From: a bacterium
Lineage (GTDB): Bacteria; Methylomirabilota; Methylomirabilia; CAVQYV01
Assembly (NCBI GenBank): GCA_043800755.1
Contig: JAZDMQ010000092.1
Coordinates: 1 to 27,673 of the forward strand
Length of the DNA stretch: 27,673 nt
Reading direction: 5' to 3'
Part shown: positions 10,759 through 20,198 of the stretch, piece after piece
Position numbering within the stretch: position 1 is the stretch's first letter
Layout: each line of letters opens with the position of its first letter
Position numbers and translations under genes: made by a program
The notes under the pieces: model-generated
Seen by the model: only the letters and a program-made list of their open reading frames with translations
The model's database searches: none
What the model was told of the DNA's origin: nothing

Positions 10759-11568
10759 TTACAGTCCCAAATCCAGGGCAACTTCCCGGATCAGTTCAGG
10801 CTCGATGGTCTCCTTTTTGAGGAGAAAACCCTCCAAAAGGGCGTTATCGCAGATGGTGTTAATGAGGCGGGGAATACCCCGGGAGAAGTGGTGAACCGAC
10901 TCGATGACCGCATCGCTGAAAATACTTCGCTTGCTTCCTGCAACCTTCATCCGGTGGAGAACATAGGCCTTGGTGGTGTCCAGCTTGAGAGAGGTGAGAC
11001 GGCATTTTAGTGCAATACGTTGCGCCAATGGTTCATCCAAAGCCAAGTAACCTTCCAGCTCAGGAAGTCCCAACAAGACAAAGGTAATGAGCTTGCTCCC
11101 CGGCACTTCCAAGTTCAAAAAGCCTCGCAACTCTTCCATGATGGCTTTATTCTGAAGCATATTGGCTTCATCGATGATGACGACTGCCTTCCTCCCTTCC
11201 TCGAAGATCTGCTCTAATTTCCCCAAGATCCTCCCCAATAGCATCACCTTGTCGTCCGGTATATTCTCAAGTCCTAATTGCAGTCCAATCTTGCGAAGCA
11301 ACCACTCTGGAGTAATAGAGGAATGGATAACCACCAGAAGGGCCGCCTCATACCTGGTATTATCTAATCCCTCATATAATCTCCGTGCCAGAGTGGTTTT
11401 ACCGGTGCCCAAATCCCCAATAACCACCGCCAGACCTTTCATGGAGTCAATAGCGTACATCAGCCTGTTGATGGTGTCGGAGTGTTGGATCGTATCGAAA
11501 TAGAAGCGGGGGTCCGGGGTGTTGGAAAATGGCTGTTCGCAAAGCTCGTAGTATTGCTCAAAGCTCAT
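10759..11568 (-). CDS. ExeA/GspA-family AAA ATPase
   Basis: PFSNTPDPRFYF, Walker A GDLGTGKTT, Walker B IIDEA, LLGLPEL, GIPRLINTICDNALL. Confidence 0.9.
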   Translation of the reverse strand: MSFEQYYELCEQPFSNTPDPRFYFDTIQHSDTINRLMYAIDSMKGLAVVIGDLGTGKTTLARRLYEGLDNTRYEAALLVVIHSSITPEWLLRKIGLQLGLENIPDDKVMLLGRILGKLEQIFEEGRKAVVIIDEANMLQNKAIMEELRGFLNLEVPGSKLITFVLLGLPELEGYLALDEPLAQRIALKCRLTSLKLDTTKAYVLHRMKVAGSKRSIFSDAVIESVHHFSRGIPRLINTICDNALLEGFLLKKETIEPELIREVALDLGL

Positions 11569-11579
11569 ATGGCTCTCTC

Positions 11580-14500
11580 CTATATATAGTCAATCTTGCG
11601 TTGCCGGGGCTTTGGCGAGGGGGGAGCTTTCTCCTCTGTTGGCTTTTTCTCTTCCCGAGACTCGGGCCCCTCTTCCGCCACTTGACCTTCCTTTCCTTTT
11701 TCGGAAGACTGAGAACGGGGCATGCTTAACCGCTTCAGCTTCGCACCCACCTCCCGAAAATTTGGATCCTCCTGGAAGATGTCAGAAAAAAGGTCGAGGG
11801 CATTCTTAAGGTTCTCAGCTGCTTCATAGGCCAAGGCGAGCTCGTATTTCAGACCTCGATATTGTTCCGGAAGCTGATTGGGAATAGATAATCCCTTGAG
11901 GAATTCTTCAATCGCCGAATTTACATCACCCATTTTCATGTAACAAAGGCCAATTAATTGACTCGAATTGAGGGCAAGAGATGGGTCTTTTGATGCCAAT
12001 TTGAATTCCTCTATCGCCTCCTCCAAGAGATCCATATCCTTATAGGCAATGCCCAGGTCATAATGGGTGTCGAAGTCCTTTTCCTCCAGGGATTTCCGGA
12101 CGCCCTTTTGAAATTCCTGCAAGATTTCACTCAGGGTGGGAGGAGTAACCTCGCTGCCAGCCAGCTCCTCCAGGGCCTTTTGTTGGGCTTCTGCGTCCTT
12201 CTCCAACTCCTTTTCCAACTCTGCAGCGAAATCAACGAAACCGTCATCCGTAGTGGTGGGTGTGGGAGGGGCAACCGTGAAAACAGGAGTTACCTCTTTA
12301 GACAGTTGAACTTCAGAGGAGGACGAGATCTCAGTCGGCAATTCCTCATGGGAAGTGACCTCTTCGGCGGGGGTCTGAATCGCTGCCTCGAATGCGGTGG
12401 GCGCAACTAAAGAGACTTCCCCGGAAACCTTCTCAGGCTCTGATATTTCCAGCGCCTCCTCCCCCGTGACCTCCCAGAAAGATGTCTCAGGCTTTGTGGT
12501 TTCCTCCATGGAAACGGCCTCAGACTCCAATTGAGAAAGCCTCTCCTGGGCCGTCTGGTTGCTCGGATCAGCCTCCAAGATCCGGCGATAAACCGTCCTG
12601 GCTTCCTCAAGCATCTCGTGCTGCAAGTAGAAGTCGGCCTCGGCCAAATCCTCCTCAACTCCAACGGGCGATTCTGGCTTCGTCTCCACCAAAATAGGCT
12701 GTCCTGGCTCTTCCTCTTTTTCCTCTTCCAAGCTTTCAAGAAAGCTCTCAAATCCCTCCGGGAGCTCCTCCTCCTGGATTGGCTCTTGACCGACGACCGC
12801 GGCCGCTTCTGCCTCAGCCCCCTCAATCTCTCCTAAGGCGGTCACTATCTCCAATGGGGTCTCCAGGCTAATCCGCTCTTCGCCCATCGGTTCGGATGGG
12901 GGAAGTTGTTCCAAAGCTGGGGCCGGGGCCTCCTCACCCTCTGGAGGGGAGACCTTGATAGTCATCTCCTGCAATTTGCTTTTCGCTACTGCGTGATCAG
13001 GATCAAGGCCGAGGATTATTTCGATCTCCGCGATCGCTTCGGACATTTTTTCCTGTTTTTCAAAAATGTCAGCTAGCACCAGGGACTCTTCAATTGCTGC
13101 TTCCCAGTTCTTCTCATCCAGATAGATTCCCTTCAATCTCTGATGGGCTTGTACACTCCGAGGAAAAACCTCCAATATGCTCTTCAAATGCTCTACCGCT
13201 TTATCGATAATGTCATACTTGAGATAGATCTCCGCCTCGATCAGGTGATCTTGCACTTCCTTTCCCAAGACGTTCTCAACTTCTTCTTTCGCTTCTGCCG
13301 GGGGCGTGGGTTTCAATTCCTCCGACAGGCTGTCCGCCAATGACAGATCGGTTGAGATGACTTCCTGCTCCGGTTCTAACTGGGCCAAATCGGGAAGGCC
13401 TTCGGAAACCTCCTCCACAGAGAGGGCCTCGGCTTGTGGAAACGGGGGCACCTCGGGCAATGCACTGGGCTCAGGTTCCGGCTCCTTGAAATGCGCCTCG
13501 ATCTCCTCGATTCTACTCCGCACCTCTTCATGATCCGGCTGGGCTTGCAGAATAGCACGATACGCGTTTCTTGCCTCTTCCCACTCATTACGCTGGAAGA
13601 AGATGTCCGCGATCTCCTTGTTCTCCTGTTGAGCCTCCGTCTCATTTCCGATCTTGTGGTAAAGATCTGCTAACCTTCTGCGAACCTTGAGGAAACTGGG
13701 ATCGGCCTTTTTTACCTCCTTCAACAGATCCAGTCCAGGGCCAACCTCGTTTTCTCGAAGATAGCCCTCCGCAATTTCCTCCAAGAGGAGATATCCATCC
13801 GCGATATTTCCCATTGCCAGCCTGAGCCTTCCAAGGGAAAGTTTGGCATCACGGTGCTGTGGATTTCCCTCCAGAATCCGGACCAGCACTCCCTCTGCCT
13901 TTTCCAACTGGTGGTTCTTCTTATGGGACTCGGCTAGAGTTATCATGAGCTTATCATCTACCTGCCCGGGCTCGAAGGCGTAGCGGCCCAGATGTTCGAT
14001 GGCGTTGGGAAAGTCATTCAATCGATAATAGAGCTGACCCAGGCCTATGCAAGCCTCTTTTGAATCCGCTTGAATCTGGAGTACCCTCTTGAAGAATTTC
14101 TCCGCTTCCGGCAATTGCCCAATTTGCATGCATCCAGTGGCAACCTTCAAGAACTCATCTACAGCCTCCTTCCGAAGTCCTTCCTTAAGCAGCATTTCTG
14201 CGAGCTTGACCCTAATAGTCAGGTTGGAGGGGTCGAGATCGGCCAGCTTCTGGTAAACGCCAAGTGCCTGCTTAGTCAATCCCTCCTTTCCAAAGGAGTC
14301 AGCCGCGGTAAGATATTGAATGCGGGCCTCCACCACCAACCCCTGCTCCGCGTATAGATCTCCGCAGGCAAGATAAGAGGGAATGTTCGTCGGATCCAAC
14401 TTGATGATCTTCTTGTAGACGGCAATCGCCTTAACCGAGAGTCCGTCTGCTCGATACAGCTCTCCCAATTTCAGGTAATAGGAAATGGCTTCATCTTTGT

Positions 14501-14660
14501 TGCCGATTCGGGCATATATATCCCCCAACATATTGTAGACACTCAGATCGGAAGGGTCTGCTTTCAATATGGCCTGATATTCGTTTATTGCCCTATCCCA
14601 TCGACCCTGTTGGGTATAGGCGAGGGCGGTCTGCAGTGTCTTTCTCTTGTCAAAAGCCAT
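11580..14660 (-). CDS. Large TPR protein with acidic Pro/Glu-rich linkers (FimV/SgmX-like architecture)
   Basis: N-terminal TPR array, acidic linkers, AEADFYL-type helices, C-terminal DTHYDLGIAYKDMDL TPR block. Confidence 0.8.
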   Translation of the reverse strand: MAFDKRKTLQTALAYTQQGRWDRAINEYQAILKADPSDLSVYNMLGDIYARIGNKDEAISYYLKLGELYRADGLSVKAIAVYKKIIKLDPTNIPSYLACGDLYAEQGLVVEARIQYLTAADSFGKEGLTKQALGVYQKLADLDPSNLTIRVKLAEMLLKEGLRKEAVDEFLKVATGCMQIGQLPEAEKFFKRVLQIQADSKEACIGLGQLYYRLNDFPNAIEHLGRYAFEPGQVDDKLMITLAESHKKNHQLEKAEGVLVRILEGNPQHRDAKLSLGRLRLAMGNIADGYLLLEEIAEGYLRENEVGPGLDLLKEVKKADPSFLKVRRRLADLYHKIGNETEAQQENKEIADIFFQRNEWEEARNAYRAILQAQPDHEEVRSRIEEIEAHFKEPEPEPSALPEVPPFPQAEALSVEEVSEGLPDLAQLEPEQEVISTDLSLADSLSEELKPTPPAEAKEEVENVLGKEVQDHLIEAEIYLKYDIIDKAVEHLKSILEVFPRSVQAHQRLKGIYLDEKNWEAAIEESLVLADIFEKQEKMSEAIAEIEIILGLDPDHAVAKSKLQEMTIKVSPPEGEEAPAPALEQLPPSEPMGEERISLETPLEIVTALGEIEGAEAEAAAVVGQEPIQEEELPEGFESFLESLEEEKEEEPGQPILVETKPESPVGVEEDLAEADFYLQHEMLEEARTVYRRILEADPSNQTAQERLSQLESEAVSMEETTKPETSFWEVTGEEALEISEPEKVSGEVSLVAPTAFEAAIQTPAEEVTSHEELPTEISSSSEVQLSKEVTPVFTVAPPTPTTTDDGFVDFAAELEKELEKDAEAQQKALEELAGSEVTPPTLSEILQEFQKGVRKSLEEKDFDTHYDLGIAYKDMDLLEEAIEEFKLASKDPSLALNSSQLIGLCYMKMGDVNSAIEEFLKGLSIPNQLPEQYRGLKYELALAYEAAENLKNALDLFSDIFQEDPNFREVGAKLKRLSMPRSQSSEKGKEGQVAEEGPESREEKKPTEEKAPPSPKPRQRKIDYI

Positions 14661-14771
14661 AATATGCTCCCTGCCTAAGTTTCAGACATACTATACAATT
14701 CCAAAGGCCTTCTCCGCCAAGGCCAAACCTTCTCAGCAACCGTCCCTGACTCATCTCGCATTGAGCCGGAC

Positions 14772-15158
14772 TTACCCTTTGTTTCCTTCCAAGAACCTCT
14801 CATATCCCTCTGCGGACATCAAGGTATCTGTCTCTTCCGGCTTAGCAAGTCTTATTTTGATCATCCAGCCCTCATGGTAAGGATCGCTATTGATAAGTTG
14901 CGGCGAGTCGGTCAGGGCGTGGTTTGCCTCGATAACTTCACCCGTAAAAGGAGAGAAAAGATCGGAGACTGCTTTTACCGATTCCACCGCCCCAAAGACC
15001 TCTCCCTGCGCCAAGGTGCGGCTTACTGCAGGCAATTCCACGAAAACCACATCCCCTAATTGCTTCTGGGCATAGTCGGTGATCCCAACCACTGCGGTCC
15101 CCTCTTGAACTGCTGCCCACTCGTGATCCTTGGTGAATCTTAGCCCCTCGAGACTCAT
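14772..15158 (-). CDS. gcvH: Glycine cleavage system H protein
   Basis: HEW, VGITDYAQKQLGDVVFVELP, VESVKAVSD (lipoyl-Lys), NSDPY.GW. Confidence 0.96.
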   Translation of the reverse strand: MSLEGLRFTKDHEWAAVQEGTAVVGITDYAQKQLGDVVFVELPAVSRTLAQGEVFGAVESVKAVSDLFSPFTGEVIEANHALTDSPQLINSDPYHEGWMIKIRLAKPEETDTLMSAEGYERFLEGNKG

Positions 15159-15185
15159 TAAACTTCCTCCTTGGCCAGAACGCTA

Positions 15186-15461
15186 CTATTCTTCGTCGCC
15201 GAATTTGCTCATCACCAGTTGACTGAGGGAATCAACGGCCTCCACTGCGTCATCTCCCCTAGCCGTGATGAGGATGCGAGAATTCTTTGAGGCAGCGAGC
15301 ATGAGCAAACCCATGATGCTTTTCCCATTGACTCTCTTGCCGTTTGCTTCGACGGTCACACCCGAACCGAACTGATTGGCCAAACGGACGAAGGCGGCGG
15401 AAGCCTTCGCGTGAAGGCCAAGCTCGTTCATTATCGTCACCTCGCGGGATTGCAGCACCAC
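15186..15461 (-). CDS. ptsH: HPr-family phosphocarrier
   Basis: NELGLHAKAS (His15 region) and VNGKSIMGLLML (Ser46 region); real start is a GTG near 15461/15458, not the ORF-track start. Confidence 0.9.
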   Translation of the reverse strand: MVLQSREVTIMNELGLHAKASAAFVRLANQFGSGVTVEANGKRVNGKSIMGLLMLAASKNSRILITARGDDAVEAVDSLSQLVMSKFGDEE

Positions 15462-15471
15462 TCCGTAGCCC

Positions 15472-17682
15472 TCAGAAGCCTTCTTGATCCCCGATGCAAA
15501 GGCGAATACCCAAGTTCCATCTTCCCCAGCGGGGGAGCTCCAATCTCCAGTGGGGAAGCAGCGACGAACCCTGGTAAATCTTCTCAAATCCGCGTTCTGA
15601 TTGCGAGACAGTGTAAATGGGGAACCTCCATAGACAGGCAGGGATTTCCCAGTGGAGAAGGACAGAGATCCCTGTCGTCTCATCAACCAATTCTACTCGG
15701 TTCACTTCATCTGACTCTCCCTGACTTCCCAGGCGAGAATCGTCCGGTTTCCTGCCATTGATCTTATAATAGCGATCGGGCTCGGATTCTGCCAAAAGGT
15801 TGAAGTTAAATTCCGTTCCAAACACAGTTTGGATATCGGCTGATTGCATATTCTCTATGCTGTACTGAATGAATATCTCTCTTCCGTCTCCCCGCAGTAG
15901 GATCTTCTTCTCCACCCTAATCGGAATCGCTGCCTGGGGGAACCAGATGCGGCCGTCTCTCCGCAGAGAGAGGTGGATTTCTTCCTTTCCCCTTTGTACC
16001 TCTAAGTCATATTTCTGATTAACAAAATCCCCGAATTCTGAATATTGACAACGGCTGAAGCCGACAATCGTTGTATCCGGTCCCAAAAAATGGTCCAAGA
16101 GGCAAGCCTTAGCATACCAATCATAACACAACAGGCCTTCCATATCTACTTGATCTTGCGTTGGTTCCATCTCGTGGATGGTCTTGATTCCCTGAGAAGA
16201 CGCAGGGCCTTCCCCCATCTCCTTCCCTATCTTGAGGTGGTAGGCCTCTGGTCTTCGCGTCATCGTGTTTATGAGGTTGATCTCTTTGGGGCGATAATCT
16301 AATTCCCATAAGGAGCCACCTCGATGCATGTCGAAAAAGAGGGCCAGGGATGGCGTGGTTACTAAGAGGTCTTGGAACCCGTCTCCGTCAAGATCAACCG
16401 GGCTCCATTCCGCCCACGATCGCCTTTCGTGAGTCAAGCCGTCGATCAGCGATTCCGATCGAATGAGGTGCTTGTACGCCGCATGGCGTAAGTGGGGAAG
16501 GTAAATGCCTCCAAAGATCCCATGCCAATAAACGTCATTACACTGGCCGCGGTAAAGCTCCTCCCGAGCCCTCACCTGAATTTCATTATTAGCGATCTGA
16601 CCCTTTCCTCCCTCTTCGGGGGACAGGGCTTTCAGTCGAGTGATTCCTTCCTCCTCGACCTTTCTTATCTTCTTGCTTATCCCTAACATCCTCTTGTGTA
16701 GATGGTTGCTCTCCGGGTACTTGACCAGAAAATTCCTCCAGAACCCGCCCTTTAGAAAGGGGGCAATCTGGTCTGGAGAATCGATCGTCTTTATCCTCTG
16801 CAGGGCGGCCTCAAAACTCACGCGAGCCTCAAAGGGAAGGGCCCACTCCATCATCTCTTCGTAGGAGCCCGAAGGCAGATAGATTCTGCCAACCGGCGCC
16901 TGGCTGGCAAGGAAGTCGGAAAAGGTGACCGCCTGTATCCAATCCTGATTCTCTTCTATCGACCTCAGGAATCGATGAAGCCACCCTTTTTCGTAGACCC
17001 AGGCGTGCGTTCCCGGCCAAACTCCAAACTTCTCCCCATCATCTACGATCACCGCAGCCCCTGAATTTCCTGCCCGGTATAATTCTCGCAGGTACTCCAG
17101 GACCTTCTGCGTCTCGGCAAAGGGAATCAGGTACCGGAGCTTTTTGCTGATGGGGAAGACTTTCAGGAAAGAGCCTTGTTCTTCGGTCACATAATAGCCA
17201 GAGAGTTCGCTTTCCTTTAGCCCGGCAAAACGAAAAAGCGAATCATCCAGAACGGTGAATTCCACTTTCGCCTCGGCCAAGGATTTGGCTAAATGAGGCT
17301 CCCAGACCCTCTCTGCCACCCAAGCCCCTTTTGGCACAAAATCGAAGCGCCTCTGGATGTAGGACGATAATTTCGCGATCTGGCCCAATTTATCCGCGTC
17401 GGGCAAGACGGACAGGATCGGCTCATAGTAGCCTCCTGTCAAGAGCTCTACCTGTCCTTTATCCGTTAGTCGTTTGATTCCATCTAAGAAATCAGGATGG
17501 TGCGATTCCAGCCAATCAAAGAGCACCCCCGAGAAGTGCAGAGAAAAGGCGATAGATGGATGCTCTCGGACAACCTCTAAGAATGGAAGGTACGCCTGCT
17601 CAAAGGCATTCTGAAATACAAAGTCAAAATTCCCCACTGGCTGGTGGGAATGAACCCCAAAAATTAGGCTGAGCCTGTCCAT
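15472..17682 (-). CDS. GH57 alpha-amylase / 4-alpha-glucanotransferase
   Basis: HSHQPVGNF, GGYYEPIL, GAWVAERVWEP (nucleophile Glu), DDGEKFGVWPGT, QCNDVYWHGIFGGIYLPHLR, TVSQSERGFE. Confidence 0.92.
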   Translation of the reverse strand: MDRLSLIFGVHSHQPVGNFDFVFQNAFEQAYLPFLEVVREHPSIAFSLHFSGVLFDWLESHHPDFLDGIKRLTDKGQVELLTGGYYEPILSVLPDADKLGQIAKLSSYIQRRFDFVPKGAWVAERVWEPHLAKSLAEAKVEFTVLDDSLFRFAGLKESELSGYYVTEEQGSFLKVFPISKKLRYLIPFAETQKVLEYLRELYRAGNSGAAVIVDDGEKFGVWPGTHAWVYEKGWLHRFLRSIEENQDWIQAVTFSDFLASQAPVGRIYLPSGSYEEMMEWALPFEARVSFEAALQRIKTIDSPDQIAPFLKGGFWRNFLVKYPESNHLHKRMLGISKKIRKVEEEGITRLKALSPEEGGKGQIANNEIQVRAREELYRGQCNDVYWHGIFGGIYLPHLRHAAYKHLIRSESLIDGLTHERRSWAEWSPVDLDGDGFQDLLVTTPSLALFFDMHRGGSLWELDYRPKEINLINTMTRRPEAYHLKIGKEMGEGPASSQGIKTIHEMEPTQDQVDMEGLLCYDWYAKACLLDHFLGPDTTIVGFSRCQYSEFGDFVNQKYDLEVQRGKEEIHLSLRRDGRIWFPQAAIPIRVEKKILLRGDGREIFIQYSIENMQSADIQTVFGTEFNFNLLAESEPDRYYKINGRKPDDSRLGSQGESDEVNRVELVDETTGISVLLHWEIPACLWRFPIYTVSQSERGFEKIYQGSSLLPHWRLELPRWGRWNLGIRLCIGDQEGF

Positions 17683-17710
17683 CGTTCTTCCCCATCACCC
17701 CACGGACCTT

Positions 17711-18139
17711 CTATTGGGTTCCGCTGTTGGTAGAGGCGCCCCTCTTGGCTAGGAAATCGGAAGCCGCCAGAATGTTCTTCTGGCCTACCCGACAAAGTCG
17801 CTGGGCTACATCTTTGAGTGATCCCTCTTGCCGGAGGGAGGGCAGCTTAATGAGCATGGGAAGGTTGATCCCGGTAATGACCTCCAGTGTCTCCTTTTCT
17901 AAGAAGGAAAGGCCCAAGTTAGAAGGCGTTCCCCCAAACATGTCCGTAAAAATCAGGACTCCAGATCCGCTATCTACAGCCTTGATTGCCGTTTCGATCT
18001 TGCCTCTGGCCTTATCTATCTTCTCGCTGGCCTGAATCGATACCGCCTCCACCGCGGGAAGTTTTCCTACGATCTCTTCAGCGGTGCGCAAGAACTCCTC
18101 TCCGAGATTGCCATGTGTTACAATGACCACTCCGATCAA
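17711..18139 (-). CDS. PTS EIIA component, mannose/fructose type
   Basis: IGVVIVTHG, TDMFGGTPSN, GINLPML; TTG start at 18139 with GGAGG RBS. Confidence 0.9.
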   Translation of the reverse strand: MIGVVIVTHGNLGEEFLRTAEEIVGKLPAVEAVSIQASEKIDKARGKIETAIKAVDSGSGVLIFTDMFGGTPSNLGLSFLEKETLEVITGINLPMLIKLPSLRQEGSLKDVAQRLCRVGQKNILAASDFLAKRGASTNSGTQ

Positions 18140-18155
18140 ATCCAGCTGCCTCCCA

Positions 18156-19019
18156 TTACTTATCGATGTCACGGTGATGGAGGTAAATTGAGTATCCCAT
18201 GTCACGAAGCTGCTTGGCCATGTACTCTGCCAGAGTGACCGATCGGTGTCTTCCCCCGGTGCAACCTAGACAGATGGTGAGATAAGATTTCCCTTCCCTG
18301 ATATGAAGGGGGAGGCAGAAATCAAGGAAGTCGAACAGCCTTTTCGTGTATGAGGAGGCCTCGGGGTCACTGAGAATGAAATCAATGACCGGCTGATCCT
18401 TTCCAGTCAAGGGCTGCAACTCCTCAACGAAATGAGGATTGGGAAGAAACCTGAGGTCAAAGATGATATCGGCATAATTGGGCAACCCATACTTGTAGCC
18501 GAAAGAAACCAATGAGATGCGAGTCGTCTCTTGGGTTTTCCATCCTTGGAACGCGTCAAAGAGGAATTTTCTGAACTCATGGACGGTGTAATCAGAGGTA
18601 TCAATAACTAGGTCAGCCTCTCTTTGCAGGCGCAACAACGCCTGCCTTTCGGCTCTGATCCCCGCGACCAAGGATCCATCAACTGCGAGAGGGTGAGGTC
18701 TCCGAGTTTCGCTGAAGCGCCTGACCAGCGAATCCTCTCTCGCATTAAGGAACACAATCATTACCCGATGGCCCTCCTTGCGCAGACTATCGAGGATATC
18801 AAAGAGGTTCTCCAGGAATCTCCCTTCGCGTACATCGATGACCAGAGCGATCTTGTGCATCTTATCATCCGCCCGAACGCAGAGCTCGGCAAACTCGGGT
18901 ATCAGCGTGGGAGGGAGGTTATCGACACAGAAGAAACCAATGTCCTCCAAAAGATTGGCCGCCTGGGTTTTGCCCGCGCCGGACATGCCAGTAATAATCA
19001 CAAAGGCCAATTTTTTCAC
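18156..19019 (-). CDS. rapZ: RapZ/YvcJ family nucleotide-binding protein
   Basis: TGMSGAGKT, FCVDNLP, FSETRRPHPL, SFGYKYG, DLRFLPNP, GCTGGRHRSV. Confidence 0.95.
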   Translation of the reverse strand: MKKLAFVIITGMSGAGKTQAANLLEDIGFFCVDNLPPTLIPEFAELCVRADDKMHKIALVIDVREGRFLENLFDILDSLRKEGHRVMIVFLNAREDSLVRRFSETRRPHPLAVDGSLVAGIRAERQALLRLQREADLVIDTSDYTVHEFRKFLFDAFQGWKTQETTRISLVSFGYKYGLPNYADIIFDLRFLPNPHFVEELQPLTGKDQPVIDFILSDPEASSYTKRLFDFLDFCLPLHIREGKSYLTICLGCTGGRHRSVTLAEYMAKQLRDMGYSIYLHHRDIDK

Positions 19020-19612
19020 TGAGTTCCTTCTTCTCCCCCTGTGCTCCCCTCGGTGATCCTTCGGACCAAGCGCTTGGAGAAGTCTCGGGCTGAATGAACT
19101 CCCATGAGCTTCAGGAGATGGTTGCGGGCGGCGACTTCGATGAGGATGGCAATATTCCTCCCTGCGGTGACCGGAATAGTCACCATGGGGATCTCCAATC
19201 CAAGCAAGGTAAAACTGCGATTATCGATCCCAAGTCGGTCATACTCTTTCTTTGTGTCCCACTCCTCCAGTTTTACTACCAGTTCAACCCTCTTGCGGTG
19301 GCGAATGGCTGAAACCCCGTAGAGATCTGCAATATTAATAATTCCCAAACCTCGGATTTCCATGTGATGTCGAAGAGATGCATCTCCTTCTCCCACCAAT
19401 ATCTTCTGGCCCTCCTTTCGAATATGGATCACATCATCTGCCACGAGACGGTGACCCCGAACCACCAGGTCAAGGGCACATTCGCTTTTCCCGGTTCCGC
19501 TTTCTCCGAGGATTAACACTCCAATCCCGAAAACGTCCACTAAATTGCCATGAACGGTCATTTTCCGGGTCGGTGATCTCCTGCAACATCTCTCTTCCAT
19601 CATCGGACTCAA
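19016..19612 (-). CDS. hprK: HPr kinase/phosphorylase, catalytic domain only
   Basis: HGNLVDVFGIGVLILGESGTGKSECALDL, LVADD, MEIRGLGIINI, GRNIAILIEVAARN; no room for the N-terminal domain. Confidence 0.88.
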   Translation of the reverse strand: MSPMMEERCCRRSPTRKMTVHGNLVDVFGIGVLILGESGTGKSECALDLVVRGHRLVADDVIHIRKEGQKILVGEGDASLRHHMEIRGLGIINIADLYGVSAIRHRKRVELVVKLEEWDTKKEYDRLGIDNRSFTLLGLEIPMVTIPVTAGRNIAILIEVAARNHLLKLMGVHSARDFSKRLVRRITEGSTGGEEGTQ

Positions 19613-19621
19613 CGGTTAGGC

Positions 19622-20164
19622 TCACGGAATAGGTTCAATCAGTCCATAGTTTCCATCTTTCCTTCGATAGAGGACATTGATTTCGTCGCTGTCGGCATTA
19701 CGAAAGACATAGAAGCTGTGTCCCAGCAACTCCATTTGCAGGATGGCTTCATCCATATGCTGTGGCTTGATGGAAAACCGTTTGGTGCGCAGAATCTCGC
19801 CTGTCTCTCCTTCTGCCTCTTCTTCGGTCAAGGCAGAGGTGCGGATGACAGTGCCCACTCTGCTCCCTTTTCGCGAACCATGGGCGACGATCTTTTCCTT
19901 GTATCTTCGAACTTGCCTCTCAATCTTGTCGATCACCAGGTCCAAGGAGGTGTACATATCCTCGCTCGTCTCTTCAGCCCGGATCGTAATCCCGTCGGCA
20001 TGAAGGGTAATCTCCGCAATATGCAGGTACTTCTGCAAGGAGAGGGTCACATGGGCGTCTGAGATACTTTCCAGATACTTTTGCATCCGGGTGAGCTTCT
20101 CTTGCGCATATTGCCTTATAGCGGGAGTAATCTCCATGTTCTTCCCAGTAATATTGATCTGCAT
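19622..20164 (-). CDS. hpf: Ribosome hibernation promoting factor, long form
   Basis: MQINITGKNMEIT, DMYTSLD, ERQVRRYK, C-terminal EAILQMELLGH.FYVF and NVLYRRKDGNYGLIEP. Confidence 0.95.
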   Translation of the reverse strand: MQINITGKNMEITPAIRQYAQEKLTRMQKYLESISDAHVTLSLQKYLHIAEITLHADGITIRAEETSEDMYTSLDLVIDKIERQVRRYKEKIVAHGSRKGSRVGTVIRTSALTEEEAEGETGEILRTKRFSIKPQHMDEAILQMELLGHSFYVFRNADSDEINVLYRRKDGNYGLIEPIP

Positions 20165-20198
20165 AGTCTGCCCTCTCTTTCTCGCACAAGGGGTAGGC

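Noticed and set aside
15632..15643. AGACAGGCAGG half-match to the insert arm
   Set aside because: Only one arm is present, and it lies in ordinary GH57 C-terminal coding sequence.
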